Source of the DNA: the human T2T-CHM13v2.0 reference genome, Homo sapiens
Strand: one strand, 5' to 3'
DNA length: 64,000 bases
Assembly: GCF_009914755.1 (NCBI RefSeq)
Contig: NC_060930.1
Position numbers and translations under genes: made by a program. Position 1 is the stretch's first letter. Each line of letters begins with the position of its first letter. Below are positions 13,131-27,988 of the stretch, piece by piece. Under the pieces are notes generated by a model that was not told the origin of the DNA, did not search any database, and saw only the letters and a list, made by a program, of their open reading frames with translations.

Positions 13131-15378
13131 TGTAAAATTATGCAAATCTGATTGAGATAATAAGTAAAATTTGTCAAAGGAGTCCTAGAAAATTTACAAA
13201 ATAGGTTTTAAATTTCCACTCTAGTTAAAATGATTGCAAGTCATTTCATTGTCTTTATTCTGATTTCTATTATCTAAAGATCTAGAGGATAATGTTCAGT
13301 GGTTTATGATACTAAAATTGAGATCAAAATTTGGTTGAGTTGCTTGAATTTCTTGAGAGTAATAAGTATTTATGAATATATGAAATATGAAAATGAAGGA
13401 TTGTTTTCAATTTATTCAGGACAAGAAATTCTAGCAAAGTTTCAGTGATATACCAAAAATATTTTATCTAGCTGTTGAGTTGTCATGTTTTAAATGCTAT
13501 GATAACCATGAGGAAGCTTCCTGGGGAATTTTTAAAGTTTTTTTTCAAGTGTATTTGTAAATATCGTAGTCCAAATATTTTATACTTGATTTACAAAAGA
13601 AGCGAAGGGTAAATGTAAGTGTTATAAAGGGCTCTTCAGTGAATTAAAGTTAGGAGAGTTGCCTGAATATTCAGGGCACAGATTGAAATGAATATAAAAT
13701 TTTAAAATATGTTCAAATTCAGAACTAGTTTGAGTGGAGGAAAAGTCAGAGATAGTGCCTCTAATTTGCTATAAATGGAAGTAATTTCTATACTTTTTCA
13801 TTTTTTCCCTAAATACCAAGGTATTTGCCAAATATACCCAAATAGCTAAATGATTACTTACCTATTTACAAAAAAATCCAGTTATTTTAAAATGTAATAA
13901 AAATGTTTAATTTTTTTTCTATATCCCAGATGCTATGCTACATGCCAGGGAAAGAAAAAATATAAAAGCAATGTGGTCACTTTCTTTAATATTTTGCCAT
14001 CTAGGAGAGAGACTAAGTTAATATACTGTGAAAAGTGAAGATGTTAAATACAATAGAGAAAGGCATAGGATACTATAGAAGTGTAGATGATAAAAAATGA
14101 CTTCCAAGCAAAACTGATAATTGATTTGAGCCTCTAAAGAAGAAAAATAGGTAACCAGGTTAAGAAATACTGTTCCACATGAAAAGAACATTGGCGGGCA
14201 TGGGACATGACACAAGAAGACATGAAATGTTGGAGAATTAAAATGCACTTAGTATAATTAGATTCTAGGTTTGGATGGCAGGAGGTTGAAGGAAAACAAA
14301 GCTGGACAAGTTAGCAGGCATTGGATTGTGAAGGACACATGTCAGATAAATAAATGTATTTTGAAAAAGAATTAAGCACAGATCCATTGGAAAAGAAGTC
14401 AGTAATGGATCTAGATCAGTGAAACAGCTAGGAGTCCAAGAGAAGACCCCAGGTAATCATGTGCAAGAACAAATCATATTTTCAAACTCTAAGAGACAAA
14501 CAAAGTCTCTAAATTAGAAATAAAAAATTAAGAAGTGATAATATGGACTTTAAGGTATTCTCTACAATTCCAAACAGCATCTTTTATCCCCAAATCCTTT
14601 GTTTCTCAGAAGTTGTTTTGATTGTGAGTGATGTCAGAGAATGTGCCTAAGAGAAGCCCATGGTAGAATTCCCATTCTGATAAACACAAGGATACTCTAC
14701 TGTTGAATTCAAGTGGTCATAGGGGGATATATTGGTGTGGTGGATGCTGTGAAGCTCTGCCTTCACAATCCTGCTACCTCCCATTCCCCACATATTGCTG
14801 ATCTTGAGAGTGCTTCCTTTATACAATTCCTGCATAACAATCCCCGTCTTGGATTCTGCTTCTCAGAGAACACATTCTGCAAACAATGGGTAGCAAAGTA
14901 AGAGAAGAGGCTGACTGACAAGCTTTTCTGCCAAGGTAAAGGGACATCCTTGCTGGTGAAGCATGCTTTCAGAGGCTGCTCCTTAGTCCGAAGAAGTCCA
15001 GAGCAATGGCTGAACAGAACCCAAGAGATTTCATGTTAGACCTGAGCATCAATAAATTTTGAGCTAAAAGGGGCTCTCAAAGACAGAGAAACTGAAGGTC
15101 AAAAAAGTCAAGATTCCCCCAAAGTTACATAACTAATTGAGAATTGGGCTGAGACTAAATTCCCTATCTTCCCACTCCCAGTCTTTTTCAATAAACCTGT
15201 GCTTTTCAAATAGATGTGCCTGCAGGATAACAGATTTGCTTGTAGTCATAGAAGAAACATAAAATGAATGGAGAATGATTTTACTTACTGTTTATATCAA
15301 AATATATGTGTTGTAGAATGTAAACACCATGTGACTTTTATGATTAAAAAGTAAGAGACTAAAGATCTTCAGAATTCA

Positions 15379-15799
<421 letters not shown>

Positions 15800-16265
15800 T
15801 CAAGAGTGGATTCATTTACATCTTGATAATAATGTGTTCTATCTTTATGTTAATATAATAACATCTATAAGAGGCCTTTTCCTATTTTCTCTAAATTCTT
15901 ATTAAATTTTCCAAACTGCAAACAATGGGTGATAACTACCTCCCCTTCTAAAGATGGGTATTAAACATATCTAGGTGGTACATGTTCATTGGCCTAGCTA
16001 CCATCTCCCCAAATCTTATGAAAGTTAGAGTTTATCAAAGAAGATGATTCTTCAGAGGAATTTAAGAGTAGAAAGCACTGAGGCATATCCTACCCCCACC
16101 ACAAACCAAGTGAGGAAATCCCCAAAAGCATCATTCAGAAATAGTTGATAGTGGGACACATGCTAGCAGAGCTGAAGCAGTTTGTAGGAATCTCTGTTGT
16201 TGTAGGAATCTCTCTGTTGCTGTCTGTGTAGAGAGACTTCTTGGGAGGACTAGACACATGATCTA

Positions 16266-16907
16266 TGAGAACTGCAGAAATCTCAGCACATAATGACTCT
16301 ATCTAAGCCTCTGCATTAAGAGAGGACCACAGTCTAGCATGATCTCTAGCAGCATGAGGCCCTGTCCCTAGGATGACCCCAGTTCCCCTGCCCCTCCATT
16401 GAAATGCCTACCTGAGAAAGCTCAATACTGCCAGGTGAATTTATTTGCTTCAGCCATGCCTGAAGACAGGCCTCTGACCTCCCTTTCTTGGAGGATTTAC
16501 TAAAAAGCCTTACAATCATGACTCCTTCTTGTGTCCCTTTGAGATTTATTGTATCTCTTACAACTCAGAAGTTTCTTTCTTAAAGACAGACAGACATTCC
16601 TTTGAAATGTAATCATCAAGAAGGACAGAACCTCTGTTCTATCCTATCTCTGTGGGAGGATAGAATCTTGACTTGGGAGAATTGCCAGCTAGCAGACACA
16701 GTTGGCCTAATCACATTTACACTGACCAACCCTTAGTAATTTTTCATTTCTCTGGCTCTACTTGAGTCCCTACTTGTCCCCCTCACTTAAAAAGACTCGA
16801 TCACACAAATCAGAATGGAGCTCAGCTCTTCGCCTACTGTCAGTAGTTACTGAATAAAATCTGTTTTCACTGCTTTAAGTAATGTCTAGCCTTGTTTGCC
16901 TTTGACA
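16266..16907 (+). mobile_element. ERV1 MER4-group solo LTR (MER67/MER31-like)
   Basis: ctctgacctccctttctt, cattcctttgaaatgtaatcatcaagaa, agcagacacagttggcctaatcacatt, AATAAA near the end, terminal tgaca. Start approximate. Confidence 0.65.
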
Positions 16908-17729
16908 TTCTACAATTAGGAAGCAGGAAATGGAAACTGGGGCCTGCTTCTTGCTGGGAGAATCTTGAAAGCAGTTGGACAGCTGGAGTAGCCGGCAAAG
17001 TTATTGAAGAAAGTGAGAATTCACCCATGGGTTTATTTACACTTCTCTTAGTTGGCAGAACCGTGATGCCTGAGATTTTCTGGGATCCAATTGATGATGA
17101 GGAAGGTAACACGGCTCAAGTCATCTAGAAATAACCTTGTCTAATAACATGTCAACCTTGTCATGTGCACCAGCCAAAAACAGCAGGCATGTACTTCCCT
17201 GAGAGCTGCTAAAGAGAGTTTGCAGGATATTAGCTGAGAGGGCAAAACCTACAACAGGGAAAGGTGTTGTGGGGAATCACCAACAAACCACTGATGCAGC
17301 CGCAATGACAGAATGCATTTGCTGCCCATGCGGAATTATAATGAGCACCTGCTAAGGAATATGACTTTTGATGCTTTTCCTGATTTCTACTATCCTGATC
17401 TGACCTTGAAGACTCTAGCTTTGAGGAGGAAGTGGATCAAAGGGAAGGGCAGAAGGGTGTGGACAGTTTCAAATTGAATATAAGAGGGAAGTTTTAAATT
17501 GGATTAGATTTTTCAATACCTACAAGTGACCTGAGAGCTATGGGATATTCCCAGGTTGTCACAAACTAAGAGGGTAGAGAAATCTGATAGAACATTTCAA
17601 TAGTCAGTGTTAGAAGAAATGAAATTATTCTTGAGTACAATCTACCAAGTCAGGTCATTTAATAACTGAATGCATTACTATCTCAATATAGATGACATTA
17701 TTTTTGTTTTTGTTTGTTAAGAAAGAATT

Positions 17730-18403
17730 TTTATAGCAGCATGATTTATAATCCTTTGGGTATATACCCAGTAAAGGGATAGCTGGGTCAAATGGTATTT
17801 CTAGTTCTAGATCCCTGAGGAATCGCCACACTGACTTCCACAATGGTTGAACTAGTTTACAGTCCCACCAACAGTGTAAAAGTGTTCCTATTTCTCCATA
17901 TCCTCTCCAGCACCTGTTGTTTCCTGACTTTTGAATGATCGCCATTGCGCATGTATGTTTACTGTGCCACTATTCACAATAGCAAAGACTTGGAACCAAC
18001 CCAAATGTCCAACAATGATAGACTGGATTAAGAAAATGTAGCACATATACACCATGGAACACTATGCAGCCATAAAAAATGATGAGTTCAAGTCCTTTAT
18101 AGGGACATGGATGAAGCTGGAAACCATCATTCTCAGCAAACTACTGCAAGCACAAAAAAACAAATAGCGCATGTTCTCACTCATGGGTGGGAATTGAACA
18201 ATGAGAACACATGGACACAGGAAGGGGAACATCACACACCAGGGCCTATTGTGGGGTGAGGGGGAGGGAGAGGGATAGCATTAGGAGATATACCTAATGT
18301 TAAATGACAAATTGGTGGGTACAGCACACCAACATGGCACATGTATACATATGTAACAAACCTGCACATTGTGCACATGTACCCTAAAACTTAAAGTAAA
18401 AAA
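17730..18403 (+). mobile_element. L1PA (about PA4/5) with 5' inversion (twin priming)
   Basis: 17730-17946 is antisense ORF2 and 17947-18403 is sense ORF2 end + 3' UTR. The two pieces are adjacent in the L1 consensus (tgctataaa|gacaca|tgcac). Degenerate TSD aagaatttttatag / aaaaattttaatag. Confidence 0.93.
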
Positions 18404-19029
18404 TTTTAATAGAAATGTATAGCAGTTTGAGATAACAATTTTTGGCATTAAATACACCTTGGTTGGAGTTCTTGCTTTGGTAATCACAAATTACTGAGTT
18501 CTGGTTTGTTGACCCCACAAATTATTTTCTCTGTGCTCAGTTTTTTCACCAGGAGAATGGGAATATGAATAGTTATAGTTTACATATTTTGTGGTATATT
18601 CCCAGCCCACTGTAATTCTTCCTTCTTGGGCAGCTGCTTTCTAATCTGCAGGTAGATCAATGAGCTGACTTTCAGCAGACTGGCTGGCATGGCATACTTT
18701 GGGCTAGAGCCATTGGATGAGGGGTAGTTCCCTTAGCTAAACTGGACAGCCAGTATCTCTTCCCCAGGTTCAATCTAAGAATGGTTCAGCCCTTCCTTGG
18801 GAGAAGGACTCTACAATGTTCATTCAAAATCCGTTGTCAATCAGGACATGGTAGGAAAAATGAAACATGACTCGAACAGAGAAAATACTGAGAGTGCCTT
18901 TGTTCCTAGTTGTAGTTCCCTTCTGCAAACATCTTTGCATGCTCATTCTAGGGTTCTATGAGATTCCATCTTTATATTCATATAATAAGTTTGAATCTAA
19001 CGTTGTTTATTTTAACTTGGATTAGATAG

Positions 19030-19385
19030 GTAGAATAGTTCAAAAAGCTTGGATTCCAATCTCAATTCCAGAATTTACTGGCTGAGTAACCATGGACAAA
19101 ACACTTAAACTCTCTCCTCCATTTTTTCTCTTGAATTACGGGGATAGGATAATATTTACTTCAAAATCACACTATCACACTGATTCATGAGGATTAAATG
19201 AGTCACTGCAAGTTACTTATTATTGAGTTGGTTTCTATAACTTGGAGACAGAAAAAACCTTCAACTAATAAATTATCACTTGATTCACAGAATTGGTGTG
19301 TGGAATGAAAGAGAAAATGCATGAAAAGAGTTTAGGACAGTGTGTATGTACCAATTGTACAATGGTAAATATTAGCTGTTATTAT
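19030..19385 (+). mobile_element. MIR (fragmented)
   Basis: ggattccaatctcaattcc...tttactggctgagtaaccatggacaaaacacttaaactctct...gaggattaaatgag...taaatattagctgttattat. Confidence 0.6.
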
Positions 19386-19419
19386 CTATTGCTTTCCTAT
19401 TTCTTAGTTACTACATTTG

Positions 19420-19792
19420 TACTATGGTTTGAATGTGCACCCCCAAAACATGTGTTGGAAACTTACTCCTCAGTGCAACAATGTTGGCATGTTCGGTGTA
19501 ATGAGAGGTGATTAGGTCACGAGGACAAAGTGAATGGATTTATGCCAGTATCACAGGAGGGAATTCATTATAAAAGGGGTAGTTGGGCTCCCTTTTTCTT
19601 TTTCTCTTTCATTGTTTTTCTGCCCTTTTGTCTATTATCATGGGATGATACAGCAAGAAGGCCCTCACCAGATGTGACCTCCTCAATCTTGGACTTTCTA
19701 GTCTCCAGGACTATGAACCATTAAATTTCTGTTTATTATAAATTACCTAGTCTGTGGTATTCTGTTATAGCAACAGAAAATGGGCTAAGACA
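19420..19792 (+). mobile_element. MST-family MaLR solo LTR
   Basis: actatggtttgaatgtg...cagcaagaaggccctcaccagatg...ggtattctgttatagcaacagaaaatgggctaagaca. Confidence 0.88.
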
Positions 19793-19803
19793 ATCTGATA
19801 TTA

Positions 19804-20170
19804 CAGTAGTTTTTCCTTATTTTCTGTTTTGCTTTCCTCAGTTTCAGTTACTCCATGGGCAAATGCCATCCAAAAATATTAAATAGAAAATTCCAGAAAT
19901 AATTCACACATTTTAAATTGCACACCTTTCTGAGTACCGTGATGAAATCTCACACCATCCCCATCCATCCCACCTGGGATGTGAAAAATTCCTTTGTCCA
20001 TTTTATATAAGAAACTTGATTGTTTATGGTATCTGAGAGGAGTCCTGGAGCCAATCTCCCGTAAATACAAAGGATGACTGGATATAGGGCTTGGTATTAT
20101 TTGAGGTTTCAGGCATCCACTGCGGGACGGTCTTAGAATTCTATCCCCTGTGGAGTAGTGGGGACTACTG
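19804..20170 (+). mobile_element. MER44 (Tigger7-derived MITE) containing a MER2-like terminal fragment at about 20001-20082
   Basis: TA|cagtagt...gggactactg|TA termini with TA TSDs; aaaatattaaatagaaaattccagaaataa and gtgatgaaatctc are MER44 motifs. Confidence 0.8.
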
Positions 20171-23100
20171 TAATCTTCAGAAACATTGAGATTACACAAA
20201 GTTTCCATTTCCTACTTTTAAACCACAGGCAGTCAAGAGAACTGCAGGCAAAAGGTGGCATATTTGTGTGAAGATTAATTTCCATATTGCCTCATATCTC
20301 TTCATATTTATTCAGGTCCATATCTATGATCCTAGGACAGAGAATAGAGACATTCACAGAGAAACCTTACCAAAATAGATTAAAGCAATTGAAATTGATT
20401 TAATATTCCCAGGACAGTTAAATAATAAATTCTTCTACTCAGATAGTTTTCAATTTCATTAATAAGATTGTATTTACAAGTAAGGGCATGATGTTGTCTT
20501 TTACATATAAATTCTTAAATTAAGTTTTTCCTATCAAAGGCACATCGCATGTTGACAACAATGTCTGAAAATGAATTTCCCAGAGACCACACGTTTTGTT
20601 CTTAATTATCTCTGCTCATTATAGTTTTTCCTTGTTGTTTTGCCATTGTGTAATAACATTTTAGGTCAGGTTCACATTAGCCCTTGTTTTTACTGTTGGT
20701 CTGTTTTCATATCATCCAAATTTATACTCTTCAATCCTTTTCCCTGATTTATTCCCATTAACTAGAGAATAGTATTTTCTTACACATCCTTACTATTTTA
20801 TTGTAAATAGTATAATACAAAAATATTAATGTAGTTCCTCTACCATTATTTAAAATGTTAATATGTTAAATGACATTGAGATTCTCAACTAAACCCTATT
20901 AATTTAGTTATCTGAAAATGTGTTCTCCTATGGAAAAGCATAGTGTTTTCTTTGAAAGACTATGAGTTGCAGTATCAGAAAAAATAGCCATATTTAGCAT
21001 TTGGCCATAAAACTTTATTGAAATTCATGAGATGAGGGACAATAGGCTGATTACAAATTTAAAATACATCAGTGAATGAAATTAGAGGCATTGATTTTTC
21101 TTCAGTAATTTGTTTTAGTCTTATATTAAGTCCAAGAAAATTATCGGTACTTACAGTTTTCCTTTTAAAAAAAACTCATAAAAATCATTCTTATATACTC
21201 ATGTTCATGACAGCATACTATTCTCTTTGGAACTTTCTTTCCTCTGCTTTTCAAAGTTCTGGTGACTTTCTATTTTTTAAGTTTTGGCTTAAATGGCATT
21301 TCCTCATTGTAGATTTTTAAAAAGGCCTTTCTCCACTCCCAGTGCACCCCGTCCTGGAACCATTAAAAATTAAGTTGCATGATCACTGAATACCAATTTT
21401 TTTCTCATTCTTCCCACTGTTTAACCATTGTCACTTAAAAGTGATTTCTCTGGCAGTATATAAGAAATTATAATGATATTTTCTACTTTCCATTTTTGTT
21501 AGCAAATTTATTTTAGAAAAAAATGCTTTTAAACATGTCTGTCAATTAAAAGGACAATTAGTAAATTCATCAAATGTTAAGTTTCTATACCTAGAGTAAA
21601 ATGCGTATCCTCTAGAGATAATTTGGTACAATTGAGGTCATTAGTATCTTATCTGTTTATGCAATTGTTTATTACAAGTATATACAACTCAATATATTTT
21701 TCTTGCAATTCAACTTGGAATATACCCCTGAAAAACTCTGGGGGACACATGCTGTGGTACATTTTCTGTATGGACCTTGTATTCTAGTTCTACACTTGTC
21801 TTTAACTAGTAGTTTACTTAAGTTACTAAACTTTTTTTGAACATTGTTTCTGCACCTCTAAAATGTTAGTTTCAATAGTGAATGATTTTAATAATTCTAC
21901 AAAAACTTTAAACATGTACTTTATTTATCTTTTATGTGTCAAATTATCTTTATGTGTGGGTATACACGTAATGTATATAATAATTGTATTAAAAACAAAT
22001 AGGAATGCATGCAATGAAGTCATGGCTGTTAAGAAATTTAGCCCTGAATTAGAAATATAAGATAAATCATACTTCCCAGTGTGCATGCATACATGTACTT
22101 GCAAATGTTTAGCTAGTTGATCATTCATGCTTTGACTGTAACCTTTTGTAGAATAGGCCTATATCATTTTCTTTATTATCCATATCTTTTGTGCCATGGT
22201 CAAGTTTTACTGCATATAATTCAGTTTTTCTGTGAATAGGTGGGGCAGAAGATAGTGCCAAAAAGAAAGAATGGAACCTTTACTGTGACTTGTTTTCTAT
22301 AATCACATTTTATACCACATATTTTTGTTCACAAAATAATACATGAAAGGACATAAGCCTTATCCAGTCTGGTAAATTTTGGGTTAAAAAAATCTATACT
22401 GTATTCTGCACAAGAGAACACAAAGATCTTCTATGCTTCCAAATTATTAGAAAGCATTAGGGTTAAAAGAGTTTTCATCCTATTTTTTGGCCTGTTGTAA
22501 TTATTTCTCAATTTTTCTCCCCATCTCATCTTCTTCCCCACCATAATCCTTTCTATATTCTACTCTCAGATCTATCATTCTGAAGTCCAATTCTGGTCAT
22601 TATGTCTTTTGATTGATTGAAAACCATTCTAATGTTTTATATTTTAATCTGTCATTTAGGGTTCTCTGCCATATGAATCACACCTGAATTTCCAGCTTTA
22701 TTTCTCAGTCGATTCCATATGTGCCCTGCTCCCAAACTAAACTAGACAGCTCTCTTCTCCTTCAAGTATTTGTTCATTCTGGTTTCTTTTAAGTATCATT
22801 TAAACTGATCCTTTTAAGTACCATTTAAGATAATATTTTCTCCATAAAATATTTTTCTCGATGACCTAAATTGAAAGTAAAGGGAAAAATCTTTGTTTAT
22901 GGAAATGTTTTGGTGATGTATTTACATTGTGTTTGCACAGATGAAAGGCAACAAAAAGTTTTGCTAAACTATTCTGCAAAATAAATGGACATAAAAGACA
23001 GAAATCCAGGGAGAAAAAAAATGTGCACACATGCTATGAATGCCTTTTGTGAATGATTTTTTTTTTGTGTTGAAATAAAGAAGAGGCCTGTTTTGTGATA

Positions 23101-23497
23101 TCTTGGTGGATTGTATTGTCTAGTTACTATTTCACAAGCCCAAGGAAAAATGGCCCCTCTTGTTCCTCTCCTTCTCTTGCACAGGCAGTGGGTTAGCATA
23201 TGGTTGAGGTTTTGCCAATTAGTCAATTTCAGACTGTCTCCTGGGACTCTGAATCTTGAGCAAGTGGCTCAGAACATGGCACATGTCCAGTGCTGGGGGC
23301 GGATAGACCAGTCTGCTCCTAGATCAGCCTCATTATAGCTCTTGTTCCCTGGCTTTCCAGAACATTGAACATCCTTTGATACATTTTCTAAGCTGATTTC
23401 ATTTACTTCCCTCAATTTGATGAACACTAGATATCCACTCAATAGGTTTCCTTTTTCGTGTAATCATGTAAGTCTCCTGAAAGATGACCAGAGGTCC

Positions 23498-23902
23498 TGT
23501 GGTAGGCAGAATAATGGCCTCCTGAAGATGTCCAAAGCCCAATTCCTGGAAACTGTGCCTATTCCCCTTTACATGACAAAGGGGAATTGGGGATGCAGAT
23601 GGAATTAAGATTGCTAACCAGCTGACTCTGAGATACAGAGATTATCCTGGATTATCTCAGTGGGCCCTATATAATCACAAGCATCCTTAAGTGTAGTAAA
23701 GGGTGGTGTAAGAGTATGTCTGAGAGATACAATATGAGAAAAATTAGACTTCCCATTGCTTTCTTTGAAAATAGATGGGATCATGAGCCAAAAGATGCAG
23801 ACATCTTCTAGAAGATGGAAAAAACAAGGAAATGCATTCTCCCTTAGATACTCCAGTAAGGAACACATCCCTGTCAAAACCTTGATTTAAGCTCACTGAG
23901 GA
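23498..23902 (+). mobile_element. MLT1D-like LTR, 3'-truncated
   Basis: tgtggtaggcagaataatggcc...gcagatggaattaag...agattatcctggattatc...gggccc. Confidence 0.82.
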
Positions 23903-25674
23903 TTGTGTCATAGTTATAAGTATGAGAATAGGGAGCAGGCTGTCTTTGTCTCCAGCTGAGCCCAGTGTTCCCTGCTGGAGAATGTAGTAGTTCATAGTGA
24001 AGAGCAGAGCAGGTTATAAACCTCCAGTCTACCTCTGACTTCAAAAATGAAATCCCCTGTCTTTGATAATAGGTAATCTTGTCTCCTTTTAGTCACTGTT
24101 CTTGACTTCAATTCCCATTTATTTTCAATTTAACATCTCAGTATTTCAGCCATTGTCATTTACTAATAAATATGCAGCATTGCTCTCTGATTTCATACAG
24201 ATTTTCAGACATGGATATTAACATTTGAAAAGGCAAACACCTGTTTCTTGGTCCTTTTCTGATGATGTAGACCATCAGTTCTCTGGAAGAGATAAATCTC
24301 TGTTGTAAGAACTTTACTAATGCTCTGTTTCCCTTGCCTTCTTAGCTATGGAATACCTGACACTCAGACATCTGATTTAAAGTTAATAAATAAATTCGGA
24401 CTACTCTTGTACACTTTTAATATATTCCAGTTATGGCAAAGCAAAGATATCAAGGCAGTCTATTTTTTTAACAAGACAAAACACCTAGTAAAGCCTCTCA
24501 CTTTTATTTCTACTTTTGTAATTTCCTCAGTACAGTTAACCTTTAAATATATATGTAATATATGTAGATAGAATATCAATTAAAACAAAATATTTCTTGC
24601 TGTTAATGTACGGCATTTAAATACTCCTTTATTTTACTATTTATAAAACTGTTTTATAGAACACTAAAAGGTATGGGCCTGTTTAAAAATGTTAATCTTA
24701 TAATTAATAGTCAGAGGCATACGCTTTTCCCCAACACAAGGCACTGATATTCTAAATCTGTCATTCTGAACTTTACAGTAGGAGACAGCCATCTGCCTGC
24801 ATGCAGCCATATAAAACAAAGCAAGAATATATGCTCTTATGTTTCCCTTGGTGAGATGTAGGATCATTATGATAAAGTAGGCAACAAGGTTTAGCTAATA
24901 TGAATTAAGATAGCATGTGTTGAAGAAAAAAAGAGCATATTAAATCAAACTAATTCTATAAGTCAATGTTATTAGCTGATTGGATGTGGATGATTTGATA
25001 AAGTAGAGCAGCATATGATGTAATGTCAAGTAGATGGGAAATATGTCTGTGGGTGACCCATTCCTTAGTCTCATAGCTCCAGAAACCCTTTCTCTGTGTT
25101 ACTGGATCTAGTGCTATTTTAGTTAAGGCCTATACTTTAATTGACAACTCTATTTTGCTGTGTAACATGAAAGTTGTTAAAATAAAATATTTTAACATTC
25201 TTTCACAGGTTAAGAATATTAACTAGAAGTAAAAAGGAATGAGGCTTGGGAAGAAAAATCAGTTTCCAACATATCTTTATATCTAGATGTCTACGCAATT
25301 ATATATTTTTTCAGTCATGTTCTTTCATCAGTTATGTCTAGATTTTTCTGAAATTTAAATACTCTAAAATCTGCTTTTTATATTTTAGTTTAAGTGAAAT
25401 CATTATGAAAAGATATGACCACTCAGACACAATTTTTTGGGCTCACCCAATGTGTTTTTCAGTTTAATTTTATGGGGATTATGATATCTTCTTCATTAAA
25501 AACTTACTAGATCAACATTAACTTCTTTGGTTTGACGATTTTTGAAATCTTATTTTTTAAAGAAAACTCTCTTTTCTTCCTAAAGCAAAGTTTTTTTTTC
25601 ATAAACAGATGACAGAGTGGAAGAATTTAAAAATTTTGTTATGCCATCACATTAAATTTGATTTTCCAGCTAGT

Positions 25675-25930
25675 ACAGTAATATAGCATGGTGGTTAAAT
25701 GTGAAATCTGGATTCAGCCAAGATTACTTCTAATCCCATTTCTACCATGTACAGACTGTGTGACCTTGACAAAGTAATTTAACAACTCAAGGCTTTAGAT
25801 CTCTCATTTGTAAATGGGGGTAATTTAGAGAGCCTACTTCAGCAGGGTTATTCTGAGGGTTAAGTGAAATAAGATGTATGAAGCACTCAGTGTAGCATCT
25901 GGTAAATCAGGACTCTTCACAATAATATTA
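25675..25930 (+). mobile_element. MIR, near full length
   Basis: tatagcatggtggttaa...ctgtgtgaccttgacaaagtaatttaac...ctcatttgtaaatgggg...gagggttaagtgaaataa. Confidence 0.8.
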
Positions 25931-26228
25931 TGCAAATTTCATTCCTGAAGCAGAAGTTCATATATTTTAGGTGTTGATTGTACTCAATAAGGGATTCATT
26001 TAAACATTATTTTCATGGCACTCTGTCTGTAAATTCTGATTTATCTGTAAATCGTAAGCATTTAATACTAAGAACATTTCTAAGAAGTTATATAAATATA
26101 AGTATAATAAATATAAATAGAGAAGATTTAGGGACTGTTTATCCAAAGCAAGGTTTTTACCAGGCAATTGAAACAATTTGAAAATGGCATATAATAATTA
26201 TTGAAATTTACACTTAAATTTCATCATC

Positions 26229-26274
26229 TATAGCATGATTCAGGTTTCATCTGGCCAACCTGAGTCATGCTATA
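26229..26274. repeat. Inverted repeat: 18-bp stem, 10-nt loop
   Basis: tatagcatgattcaggtt-tcatctggcc-aacctgagtcatgctata; 17/18 Watson-Crick pairs plus one T-G. Confidence 0.9.
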
Positions 26275-27211
26275 AAAAATGACATCCTAGGACCAGATTC
26301 CTGAATTACAGACCTTAGGCAGTAGCAGTAGTCGACATGTGTCAGTATGGATTCTAAGGCACACAACATCACAGATTACATTTAGAGCAATAGGTTGAAA
26401 ACACAATCCTGCCCTTGGCTTTCTTTATGACAGAAAGAGGCAAGATACTCTATTCAAATGTAAAGAGTAAATGGTTAAAAATAAATATTCATCACTTTAA
26501 TATTTACGAATAAAATTTCAGTTCTGAACATGCATATCATATGGCACTCTATGTACTATACTGAAACATTTTCCAAAAGAGGCAACAACAAAAAAATTAC
26601 GGATAATATTATGATAATCTAAAAATAGTCCTATTACATTAATTTTGTTTAGTATATCATGTGCCTCAGTATTAATGAATTAAAGTTATTCTTCAAATGC
26701 AATTTTGTAATTACTAATTATTGATAAAAATATTAGTCATAGTGTCTGATTATCATGTACTTTTAAAAAAGAAATACTCTATAGATTACTTAATGGTTAG
26801 CAAAACATTATCCAATTTATTAGTTTTTAAAATATTATAAATTCAGCAAGAAAAATAGTTAAAAACTTAAGAAGTATAAAATGATTAATAATATGAAAAC
26901 ATAATTTCTACAGCAAAAATAGGATAGATTTCCAATTCTTTTCCTGAGGTCACTTTCCTATATTCTGCCACCAAAACATCAAATACAATTAAACCTCCGT
27001 GAAACCTTGCTTAACTCCAAAAATCCTCCATTGTTTTTTTCTGGAAGAAAATACAGTTACTCTATGAAGTGTTAAAGATACTAGGTAAAGAGTTAAAGGA
27101 GAGAGAATTGGAGATTCAGTGGGACAGAGAGAAATGATGGCTTAGAGGGTCATTGCTAGTGTAATACGTGTGTATGACCAGGAGATACACTAACATTAAA
27201 AAATTAAAATA

Positions 27212-27515
<304 letters not shown>

Positions 27516-27926
27516 AGTATTTTTTAAGACTCCACCTAGCACAAAATTAAAAAGATAAAAAGCCCTCTCAGAATTTTAAATAGTTAAATGTAGATCTAAA
27601 ACAGCTTTACAACCCAAATTATCTCCCTAGATCTCTCTACTCAAAGAATATAATATAAATGGCCTTAAATTATAGCAGAAAGCAAACATCATGATATTTT
27701 GCAAACACATGAAATACTTTTCTCAAAATCAAGCCATAGTGATGTATCTTCAGAGCATTTTATAGATAAAATCAATTTTGAAGAACACTTATATGATGTC
27801 TTAAGAGAAACATGAAAATAGACTGTGTTTCCATTTCTGTGCCTTTTACTATATTTGCTTGCTTACTTAGCTAAATATTAAACATTCACAGTCACACAAA
27901 GTCATTGTGGAAGAAGGGTGGAATAA

Positions 27927-27988
27927 CACACATGCACACACATCCACATCCACACACATGCACATACATACACATACACAAACACACC
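27927..27988. repeat. Degenerate (CA)n repeat
   Basis: acacatgcacacacatccacatccacacacatgcacatacatacacatacac. Confidence 0.75.

Noticed and set aside
22786-22829. Short tandem duplications (also 16182-16218, 13063-13130) as a spaced-repeat or CRISPR-like array
   Set aside because: Only two adjacent copies each, no spacers, eukaryotic context: ordinary slippage duplications.
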